DNA of 22,758 nucleotides. Source: Zygophlyctis sp. KS116 (Eukaryota; Fungi; Chytridiomycota). Below the pieces are notes generated by a model that saw nothing but the letters and a program-made list of their open reading frames with translations, did no database searches and was not told where the DNA came from. Position numbers and translations under genes: made by a program. The DNA lies in contig BAAFSQ010000159.1 in assembly GCA_054661495.1 (NCBI GenBank), positions 1 to 22,758 on the forward strand, in the 5' to 3' direction. Within the stretch, counting starts at the first letter, position 1. Every line of letters begins with the position of its first letter. Positions 1 to 8,965 of the stretch are shown one piece after another.

Positions 1-540
1 ATCCAAAATACCACTGATTTGGCAGCCAGTCTTTGAGTTCGGAGAATTTCGCGTTCCGCGCAAATTTTGTTGCAAATTGACTTTTGATTATATTTCAACA
101 TCTATTTACTATCGAATAATCGGCTCCGTTTTCTACCTGTATAGGGACAGCTTCATCTTTTATATTTGCTACAATATAGCTTGGCTTTGTAGTTTCTTTC
201 TCTGCGAGATGTAACGAATTCATTTTAAACTTTTTAGTCTTTGAAATTGATTGGAACGATTGCACTACGTCTTTTAATAATTTAGGATGGGCTTCTAATA
301 ATTCGCGATGTGTTAGAGGAACAGGAGCATCCAACATCGTGTTCAAGAGTTGAGAAGACAGATTTAATCACAGCAGGTCTCTTGCTAGAATTCTTAGGTT
401 TCGTAGTCATTGCCGGATTTTGAATTATGCGGGCTGGTTCATTTATAAATCATCTATACGCATTCGTTTAGTAGCTAGAATACTGCTAGTTTCATTGACA
501 TTTTGAACTTCTTTTAAAATATCAAGTTTCTCTACTAAGC
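1..540 (-). pseudogene. Decayed Ty3/gypsy-like gag-protease fragment (runs off the left edge)
   Basis: The minus strand reads ...ATKRMRIDDL...TMLDAPVPLTHRELLEAHPKLL...AVPIQVENGADYSIVN, resembling a gag-to-aspartic-protease junction with a degenerate D(S/T)GA motif (ENGA). It has frameshifts and a stop, and does not continue the copia sequence to its right. Confidence 0.45.
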
Positions 541-545
541 CCTAA

Positions 546-597
546 GGATCAGAGGCCAAAGGAGAAGGATCAGAGGCGAAGAAGTTGGATCAGAGGC
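546..597. repeat. Three copies of GGATCAGAGGC at 20-21 bp spacing
   Basis: Exact 11-mers at 546-556, 567-577 and 587-597. They encode ASDP-like repeats on the minus strand, in the copia integrase-RT linker. Confidence 0.8.
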
Positions 598-1834
598 ATA
601 GGTGGAAGTTTCATTTTCTAATTGCTGAAAAGGAACAGGCTGGACTTAAGTGGAGGAAGAAGAAAATAGCCGATTGGTCACTTAGTGGTTGAGCAGTAAG
701 TAAGATGAGTAGAATTCTGTTGGACTGGGGTACTTTGAGTTGCATTCTAATGTTGATAAAGCATATGTTCTTTTGAAAATACAACATCCCGAGAGATAGT
801 AATTCTTGAGGTGATAGGATTGAGAAGTCTATAGGCCTTTTGAGTCTCTGAGTATCCCACGAACATTAGAGGAGTTGATCGGCTGACAATTTAAGATTGT
901 TGTGGAAGCTTGTGAGTATAAAACCCTAACCCTAAAAAGATTACATCCTGTAAATTATTCATAACGTGTAGAACCGATGCGATCCATATTCGTACATAAA
1001 TACTGCAAGCAAGTGCTTTAGCCCAGTATACTTTGTCTAGTTTTGAAAAAGTTAAAAGTGTGCGGACTGCGTTCATCAAATTGTAACTGAGAACTTCCGA
1101 AGAGCCATTTTGAAAACTAGAGTATGGTGCATTTGTCTCATGTAGTGTTCCTTGTGACAAAAGATAATTACCGAGGAGGGAATTAATATATTCTCCACCG
1201 TTGTCGGTACGCAGTGTGTGTTATGGTTTGCCAGTTAAATTTTTTATAAGTTCATTGACCTGTTGGTAAAGTGACAGGACTGTTGAAGCATTTTTGAGTG
1301 TAATTGGATAAACAAACGTTTAGACTTTCCAATTAAACACCCTGAGCAGGTTTGGATGAGGATCGTCTGATCGGAGAACTTTGGCATTCCTGTAACACCA
1401 TTTGTCATTTTTCTGCCTGATTGATCATTGAGATGATTAAGTTTTAGATGCCATTCTTGAAGAGGAGTTTGAGGTACGACTGCAGTGAAAACAGCGGTAG
1501 TAGCGAAGGCATAAGATTTTGTAGGAGTAGGAGATAGCACATAGAGATTTCCAATACGAGATACACAGATTTGTTAGCTTTATTGCTTATGACGCATTCT
1601 TTGGGATGGAAAACCACAGTAAATCCTTGTTGAGTGAGAGTTCTAATTGACAAAAATTTTGTTTTAGTTCGGGACAGAATAGTGTTTTTTTAAGGCTTAA
1701 ATTCAGTGTCCCATAAGATAAATGGACAGTTCTAATTCCTTTGGAGTGAATTATGTTACCATCTGCAATAAGAATAGATGAATCGAAAGGTGACATATCA
1801 TAAAAGAGGTTAAAATCTTGGCACATGTGCTGTG

Positions 1835-2100
1835 TGTTAAGATCAGAGTTAAAGAAGAGAGAATTGAGATTCCTTTTATTTTCTGAAAAATAAATTAACC
1901 TATAAATAACCATGGCAACTCTTTTATACTTGATTCTAAAAATAGAAATCTAAGAATAGAAAATTAAGATTCCAATCCAAATATACGTTCAAAAATGTTT
2001 GAAGCGAATCTTGATCACTGGCTTAGTTTTTGAAGAATCGATTTGATTCAATGATCTAGGCTTTTTACAATTTAGAGACTTTTCCGTTCGATTTATAACA
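1835..2100 (-). repeat. 3' LTR of the gypsy element
   Basis: 266 bp, tgttaagatc...tttataaca. No differences from 6525-6790 on base-by-base reading. Confidence 0.97.
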
Positions 2101-5100
2101 TTACCCCCCTCCAAAAGTGAATTAGGGGTGATAGAGTTACGACGTTTCCAATATTGAGCAATGATATCAATATCATCAAAGTCAAATTCATTTACCCATG
2201 TGTCTGGATGAGCATGTTTCCATTTTACCAAATACTGACGATCTTTATTGACTCGTCCACGATGATTTAAAATAGCTGCAACTTCAAAGGATGATTGATC
2301 TGTTAGGGGAGAATGACTTATGAGTTTCAACTGTGACGGAGCTGCATTTCTGGGAAGAAGAGAACCTGTAGCATCTTGTAACACATAAGATCCACCAGCA
2401 GTGCGTTTCAGAACCTTGAAAGGACCTTCATAATGGGGCTGAAGTGAAGAAGTTCGTGTGGGATCTTTTTTCATAACAAAAGATCCTTCCGGAAAGGGAT
2501 TATTGTTTACAGATTTTTTTGTATCAAACTTGTTTTTTAGTTTTGATTGAGATTTAAACATTTTTTCAGAGATGGCAGGAAAAAGAACATCTTTAATTTG
2601 TTGGAGTCGAGACATCAGCTGCGAGTCATCTAGTAGAGAATTAGAACAAGATCGATAATTCGATAATCCCGAAAGGGATTAGACTTTCGTGCAAACATTA
2701 AGGAGAACGGGGTGGAGCCATGAACAGCTTGCACTTTGCTATTTAGAAAGAATTGCGTAGCAGGAACATGTGTATCCCAGTCAGAAATGTCGCCATTTAT
2801 GAGTTTCCGAATAGTTCGCTTAGTGAGATCTACCCATTTCTCAACTAATCCATCAGCTCTGGGATGATAAGTAGAAATTAATCGGTGATCAATGACAGCC
2901 AATTTAGTGAGAGCATGAACTATCGAATTAACAAATTCCGTGCCATTGTCTGATTGCAAAATTTTAGGAAATCCAAAGTCCATCCAAATCTTTGATAAGG
3001 TAGAAGCAATGGTAGGATCCATTTTATCAGGTAAAGGTCGTAGTATAACAAATCTAGTCAGGATATCAATGTGAACCAAAATATAGTTGAAACCAGACGC
3101 AGAAGTAGGCAAAGGACCAAGTAGATCGAGACAAACATGATCAAAAGAAAGAGAGGCAGTAATGGGAGTTAGAGGATGATATCCTCTTTTGCTAATATTG
3201 AATCTTTGACAGATGGGACAAGATTTTACTATTTCTAAAGCATCATCCATCATGCGTGTCCATGAGAAGCCAGATAATTTGATGCGAGTAACAATTGCTT
3301 GTGAACCAAAATGACCCATGAGATGAGCCGATTGCAAGAGTTCTTGCTTAAGAGTATTTGAAGGATCAATCAAGGAGACATTTTCTATTGGAAGTGACAA
3401 AGTGTTTAATTGGGATTCTGAGATTTCCATCTGAGAATCGAGCGTTGGAACAACAGCAGAGGAGGTTATACGAGACAAGCAATCAGGAAGAACGTTTTCT
3501 ATGCCCGGAAGATGTTTAATGGTGAACCTATAACTGAGTAAAGTTTCAAACCAATTTAAGATCATCGAATTTGTGTGTTTTTGAGAGAAAAGATAGATGA
3601 GAGCCTTATGATCTGTAAGAAGTTGAAATTCATTTAAATAGAGGTAATAGTGAAATTTTTGAAGAGCAAAGACAATGGCTAATAGTTCTCGTTTGGTTGC
3701 CGAATAATTCTTTTCAGAGGAGGATAGAGAGCGAGCTTGGAATTGAATGTAGCGTTTCTTGCCTTCCTTATCTTCTTGGTACAAGACCGCAGCTACACCA
3801 GTAGAAGAGGCATCGGTTGCTACATAGAAGGGTGATTCAAAATCAGGAAGGTGCAAGATAGGGGCGTTCACTATTGAGTTTTTGAGCTTAGTAAATGAGG
3901 AGTGATGCAGGGAAGTAAGATTCAGATGTTTAACGTTTCGTAGTGATTCTAAAGGTGCTGCAATGGTTGAGTAGTTTGGAATAAAATTTCGAAAGTAGTT
4001 AGTAAACCCAAGAAATGATTGAATGTCAGCTCCCGTTTGAGGTTCTGGCCAATTTTGAAGAGTGGGTTATCTTTGCAGGGTCTATACTAACGGAGTTATG
4101 AGAGATGATATGACCAAGTAAAACCACCTTGGTGGCAATAAACACACATTTTTCGAAGTTGAGCTTAATATTAAACTTATTGAGCAATTGAAGAGTATGT
4201 TGAAGGTGATGGCCATGTTCCTCAATAGTTGTAGAATGAACAATAAGATCATCCACATAACAACCTACAAATGCACAATCTTTAAATATAGCATTTTGAG
4301 TGTTCTGCACAATTCCTGTGAGAGGTTTTAATCCAAATGGAGCACCAACGAATTGATAACGTTGGCCATTCCAAGAGAAACATGTTTTATGCCGATCAGA
4401 AGGATTCACCTTCCATTGCAGAAAGGAGTGAACATAATCTAAAGTGGAAAAATACACTGAACCAGAAAGTTGTTGAAAAATGTCTTGAATCAATGGGGTT
4501 TTTACAGGAAAATCAGGAAGCTGCTGGTTGAGGAGTCTGGGATCAAGACAAACACGATGCGACTTGATACGTCCAGAGGAATCTTTTTTTGGAACACAAA
4601 GAAGTGGATTATTATACTGTGTAGAATAAGCTGCCGGCTCAATAATGCCACTTGATAACCAGTCTTTTATTTGAGCAGTAACAACATGTTGAAGTTTATA
4701 TGGGATCGGATACTGGCGCCTAGAAACAGGAGGAAGTGAACCAGTGGGAAGAAAAACTTGAGCAGTGGGATGAGAGCAGAAAGAGCCCAGTGGAATTGAG
4801 GTGTTAAAGTCACGATCAGGCTTAAGCAATTTTAGAAGCTGTATACGCTGTTCTTGAAACTTAGGATCGGGTGACGCTAAATGAATAAGCGATTCAGATT
4901 CCTGGTTAACACAAGGCTCTTGGGAGGCCAAATCCGAGGCTAAAATGGGCCCAAAAGAGATGCCCAGAGGTTTGAAAAGATCAAGACCAATAAAACAATC
5001 TATGTCATCTACCAGATTCATAACTAGGAAGGAATGAGATATCTTTTTAGAGCCAAATGTGAATGACTGAAAGGTTTCCCCAACCTCTGCTGATTCTGAT

Positions 5101-6500
5101 GAATTGGCCAAGGAAACCTTTTTAAGAGAGTTGCTTACTGACAAGTCATTATCTTTACAAAATTTTAAAGAAAGAAATGAGGCTGTAGCACCTGAATCAA
5201 TAATGGCGTTCAATTTTTTTCCATTGATGTTGATAGGAAGCTCAAAACCAGATTGTTTTAAAGTTTGAGACTCAGATACAGCACTAAAGTTTACTCGAGT
5301 AAGACCCATATAATCTTCAACGGTAGATGAGGAAGGCTGCGCCGGAGTTTGATCATTGGCAATATTTTCAGAGATTGCAGCTACAGTGGAGATGTTGCAG
5401 TTGTTAGCATAATGACCCTTTCTCTTGCATTTGTGACAGATTACATCTGCAATATTGCTAGCTGCAATTGTTGGGGCTTTGCACCGGTGACCTCTGCTCC
5501 AAGGTTCAGAACACTTGTAGCATTTTTTATCAGAAGTTGACTCTTTAGTTCGTTTAGCTAAGCGGCAATCTTTTAAAAGGTGATTTCCTTTCGGATGCAG
5601 GTGACATTTAGATGGGGAATTTGATAATCCTGACCCGAAATCAAATTTCTTTTTTATTGTAGAGCGATCATGTCGATCAAGGCTCTTGCTGAAAGTTATC
5701 AAATCTTTCAACGTGTCAATCTCTTCAGTTCTTCGAGCGAGAGGAAGAGCATTGGTGACATAGCTAGGTAACTTTGATTCAAATAAAGCACAGTATTGAT
5801 TCATGCTGTCTTTAGTGTGAGAGACCAGTAAAAAGAATCTATCACAGAAGTCAGTTAGAGATTCTTCTTTTGACATCTCCAAATTTTGTATTTGAGTTCT
5901 GACTTTAGTCTTCCATTGGGAACCAAGTCTGTCTCTTATGAACAAGTCATGTAATTGGGACCAACTTGAGGAGGAAGATAGGAGGCGATCCACTCCTTAA
6001 CGGAGAGAAGGATCCTTCTTAAAGGAGTACTTAAAGAATCTTGATCTGATTGAAAAGTTGTTGAGATCTATTTGAAATCCTTCACATGTTTCTTTAAAGT
6101 CATTTAAGAAAAGCAAAGGGTCAGAGCCCATTTTCCATAATGGTAACTTGTCCATGCAAGACAAGAGTTTTTTTTCTTCATGAAATGAAGAGGAAGCGTA
6201 GCTTGGAAGCGGTGAGGAGTTTACAGGAGTGTTGCCTAGCAGAGTAGCTAAGGCTTTTCGGGCTTGATTGATTTGCACAGAGATTGAATCAATTTTGTCA
6301 TCTTCTTGATCAGTAACTGCTTGAGCTAGTTTCATCCCCAAAACGAGAAGGTGATCAGAAATGATCGTTTCAGCTGCAGAGGCTGAAGGAGGAGTAACAG
6401 TGGGTAAGGCCTGAACGTTGTCCGAATCCAAAGGGTTCAATTGAGAACCAGTAGTCATAGCATCAGAATCAGTAGTGGAAGAGTTATTGTTGTTGTTCAT
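1989..6500 (-). CDS. Gag-Pol polyprotein of the chromovirus, broken by single-base indels near 5970-6003, ~4065 and ~2650
   Basis: Zinc knuckles, protease AIIDSGATASF, RT (LDYVHSF, APFGL, YVDD), RNase H (TDASSTG, RELLA, TDH, DCLSR), integrase (HLMGH..CPIC, LDL, SDNGTEF, GLVE), GPF motif (YEGPFKV) and chromodomain FEVAAILNHR...YLVKWKH...TW. The gap at 3871-4065 translates as LQNWPEPQTGADIQSFLGFTNYFRNFIPNYS in the downstream frame. Confidence 0.95.
2101..2112 (-). other. Polypurine tract of the gypsy element
   Basis: Minus-strand GGAGGGGGTAA-type purine run immediately before the 3' LTR. Confidence 0.85.
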
Positions 6501-6524
6501 AATAGAAAGTTCAATTCAAAAAAA

Positions 6525-6790
6525 TGTTAAGATCAGAGTTAAAGAAGAGAGAATTGAGATTCCTTTTATTTTCTGAAAAATAAATTAACCTATAAATAAC
6601 CATGGCAACTCTTTTATACTTGATTCTAAAAATAGAAATCTAAGAATAGAAAATTAAGATTCCAATCCAAATATACGTTCAAAAATGTTTGAAGCGAATC
6701 TTGATCACTGGCTTAGTTTTTGAAGAATCGATTTGATTCAATGATCTAGGCTTTTTACAATTTAGAGACTTTTCCGTTCGATTTATAACA
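6525..6790 (-). repeat. 5' LTR of the gypsy element
   Basis: Identical to 1835-2100. The sense strand contains TATAAAAG followed by AATAAA. The gag ATG (6500) lies 24 nt downstream. Confidence 0.97.
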
Positions 6791-7477
6791 CTGTGAGGCA
6801 CCGGAATCGAGAATCATGCTCTGCTCACGAATGCAACACTGATTTGGCTCGCCTTGAGGAATAAACGGAAGTAGCTTTTATGCTTAAAAAGTCGCAGGCC
6901 TTGGTCTTTGCACACATCACATATAGGTGCAAGTTCAGAGTGGCATGACCAACACGAAACTGCCTGACGATTGTGAGTGCATTTTGAAGCATCAGGACGC
7001 ATGGCTGATAATGCAGATTTGAATGGGGAGCTCTGAGTAAGAGAATGAGAGGATTCTTCCAAAAGAATTTTTGGCTCGAGACTCTCCCCTTTAAGAATTG
7101 TTGGATCGTCTGTGGCAGAATTCTCAAATACGGCTCGGATTGAGGAAAATTCAGAAGGAAGCGCGGAAAGAGCGATGAGAGAAATTAGTGTAGAGAACTT
7201 TGAAGAGTCAGAATTGTCATTTGCTGCTTTGAAAGTTCTTAGAAGATATCTGAGATGAGTAAATCCAGCTTGAAAGTCTCCAGGTTTGAAAAAGAAAGAA
7301 CAGAGTTCCTTGATAGACTGGATTTGAGTAGGATTGGATTTAGATGCAATTTTTTCTTTGAGGATTGTCCAACATTTAGCATCAATGAGAAAAGAGCGAA
7401 TTCCTTCAGTGTCATTTAGTCATAAATGATGATGACTTAAGTTGATTTTGAGAAGATGCTGAAGTTGTAGAAGACAT

Positions 7478-7491
7478 TGGTGCTGAAAACG
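7478..7491 (-). promoter_or_regulatory. Primer-binding site of copia A (half-tRNA-Ile type, one mismatch)
   Basis: Minus-strand CGTTTTCAGCACCA lies between the LTR end (...acttcaata) and the gag ATG. It is nearly identical to the PBS copies at 8271 and 8382. Confidence 0.75.
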
Positions 7492-7590
7492 TATTGAAGT
7501 TTTTTTAGAAAAGGTAAGTAACCTATTAATAGATATCACTATAAATAGTTAATGCGGCATGTTACACAACTTAGTCAATCAATAATTGAC
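7492..7590 (-). repeat. 5' LTR remnant of copia A
   Basis: Shares ctattaatag...ttacctttt...aaa..actt with the LTRs at 8133 and 10610. The outer boundary is not resolved. Confidence 0.6.
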
Positions 7591-7780
7591 ATTGATCTAC
7601 CCAGATTAATCGGGTATTTTGGACCGCCCATTTTTTCAAGAAATAAAATGTAGGACATGTTGCCGATTGATTAAGTAGCTAAAATAAATCTCCATTAGGG
7701 TTATGATATGAAGTCTATGATGGAAAGCTTGAGATAGATCACAGTCTTGATTAAATTACATATTTTTCCATGGTAAGTTG

Positions 7781-7893
7781 TGTTGAGATGAGGTTTGGTC
7801 TTCAGGCTCAGCACCCAGACCTATTGGGGGCGATTCAGTGTTATTAATAAGAAATAAGTCAGACATTTTTATTAGTTATTTTATAGTTCAACA
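7781..7893 (+). repeat. Probable solo LTR (113 bp)
   Basis: Perfect 6-bp terminal inverted repeat TGTTGA...TCAACA with an AT-rich 3' half. The flanks (gttg / gttc) are only an imperfect TSD. Confidence 0.45.
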
Positions 7894-8048
7894 GTTCACA
7901 ATCATATTGTTTGTTGTTGCGTTATTTGAAGAATTATAGTTGTGGTTTAGAATTCTCCAGAACCATCCAGAACATTCTAGACACTTGTATAAGACTATAA
8001 GATTCTTATAAGATGATAACTCCAATAAGCTCCACCTGACCCATGACA
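7894..8048 (-). repeat. Possible LTR fragment with heat-shock-element-like array
   Basis: The minus strand starts TGTCATGG, and an nGAAnnTTCnnGA-like sequence (agaacattctaga) lies at ~7969-7981. No partner LTR or TSD found. Confidence 0.3.
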
Positions 8049-8132
8049 TAGACCCAGTACTTAGGGGTAGGTTTCGCTTCAATGTATATCTTTTCTGGCA
8101 TTTTTACAAGCATTTGTTCAAATGGTAACTAG

Positions 8133-8270
8133 TGTTGAAAGACGATCCCATACACTCGTGATTTGTATGGCATTGTAGCATTCTATTTATAGTATTCTAA
8201 TTATAGATCAAAGTATAAATAGCATGAAACTATTAATAGACTTTTTACCTTTTTCCAAACAAACTTTACT
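8133..8270 (+). repeat. Copia 5' LTR (138 bp, TG...CT)
   Basis: Aligns end to end with 10610-10738 (about 10 substitutions plus 2 indels by eye) and has a TATAAATA box. It is followed directly by a PBS and a gag ATG. Confidence 0.88.
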
Positions 8271-8364
8271 CGTTATCAGCACCATGTCAAACAACAACAC
8301 TCAAGTTAAATCTTTTACTATCGAACCTCAACTATCTGGACAAGATTTCCTTTCGTCCAAATAA
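8271..8364 (+). pseudogene. PBS (CGTTATCAGCACCA, 8271-8284) and truncated gag start MSNNNTQVKSFTIEPQLSGQDFLSSK*
   Basis: The PBS abuts the LTR and its last base is the A of the ATG at 8284. The I-x-P-x-L-x-G-x-D/N-F pattern is typical of copia gag N-termini. Confidence 0.7.
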
Positions 8365-8381
8365 GAAGGCACTTCAATTCT

Positions 8382-8603
8382 TGGTGCTGATAACGAGATG
8401 AAAGTTGTTTAGAAAAAGGTAAGAGAATGTAGCAGAGGCTAGTAAGGTCTCAGATAAGCCACTTAAGATAAGACTTAGGATTTGAAGAGTAAAACGCGCT
8501 ACGCGCACTTTAGAGGAATTAAATCAATTTTGATTCTCTAAAGGTAATTAAATCTCTTTTGATTCTCTAAAGGCTTTTATTAGTCTTTATTCCCAATCTA
8601 ACA
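8382..8603 (-). mobile_element. Inverted copia 5' LTR (8396-8603, TG...CT) plus PBS (8382-8395) of a related family
   Basis: The minus strand reads tgttagattggg...ctcttacctttttctaaacaactttcatct|CGTTATCAGCACCA, with the same PBS and U5 motif as the other copia LTRs. Confidence 0.8.
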
Positions 8604-8965
8604 AGCGCACTTGTTACAATTTGAAAGTTCGTAGGAGCTCTCTTAGTTTGTTAAACCTTGCTGGAAGTCTCCTGTTAAGATTGGAAAGAACAGAGATCCC
8701 TGATGGTTTGGGTTTGGAGAGGAATTCATTTTGACGCAAACTTCGTTCTTAGAATTGTCCAACAGGCTTTTGCTGTAGTTGAATCAATGAGAAGAGATCT
8801 GAAACATTTGCAGTAATTGCCAAGAGTGCAGTTGGATTCTCTAATGGGGAGTCATCGACGAAAGGAAATTTTAGAAATGGTTAAGCATAAATATCCTAGC
8901 CATATACTCCTGGAAAGCCCTTTTTCGAAATAAGAAATGAACTTTTAAAAGAGGGTTAGGTGACG

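Larger units (their letters stand above)
1835..6790 (-). mobile_element. Full-length Ty3/gypsy LTR retrotransposon (chromovirus), 4956 bp
   Basis: Two identical 266-bp TG..CA LTRs and a 5-bp TSD CTGTG at 1830-1834 and 6791-6795. Domain order is gag-PR-RT-RH-INT-chromodomain, with a PPT next to the 3' LTR. Confidence 0.98.
545..7590 (-). mobile_element. Decayed Ty1/copia element A (5' LTR remnant, PBS, gag, protease, integrase; RT/RNaseH missing), interrupted by the gypsy element
   Basis: gag ATG at 7477 directly follows the PBS, and a Cys/His-rich region lies at ~6870-6990. The protease motif ILDSGASQHMC is split by the insertion at 6791/1834. Also present: GAG-pre-integrase LQEWHLKLNHLN...CSGCLIGK (1244-1540), integrase core TNAPYSSFQNGSSE...LMNAVRTLL...YWAKAL (891-1160) and SH3-like MFVGYSETQKAYRLLNP...ISRDVVF (~770-890). 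Many frameshifts; outer boundaries approximate. Confidence 0.9.

Noticed and set aside
921-935. CCCTAA/TTAGGG telomere-like dimers (also ~8953, ~9681, ~13721)
   Set aside because: At most two units each, mostly within TE-derived sequence; not a telomeric array.
1587-1913. 108-aa ORF as a separate gene
   Set aside because: It is a chimera of gypsy LTR sequence and the copia protease frame across the insertion junction.
4337-5540. + strand ORFs 4337-4531, 4470-4655 and 5349-5540
   Set aside because: Short antisense shadows of pol with no motifs.
5994-5999. Programmed gag-pol stop read-through
   Set aside because: The stop lies within gag, upstream of the zinc knuckles, and compensating indels explain it better. 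Not fully excluded.
7564-7783. 10-bp inverted repeat ACACAACTTA/TAAGTTGTGT as MITE ends
   Set aside because: Short, AT-rich, no TSD, and it overlaps the putative solo LTR start.
8271-8284. tRNA gene
   Set aside because: Only a 14-nt tRNA-complementary PBS, with no cloverleaf in the flanks.
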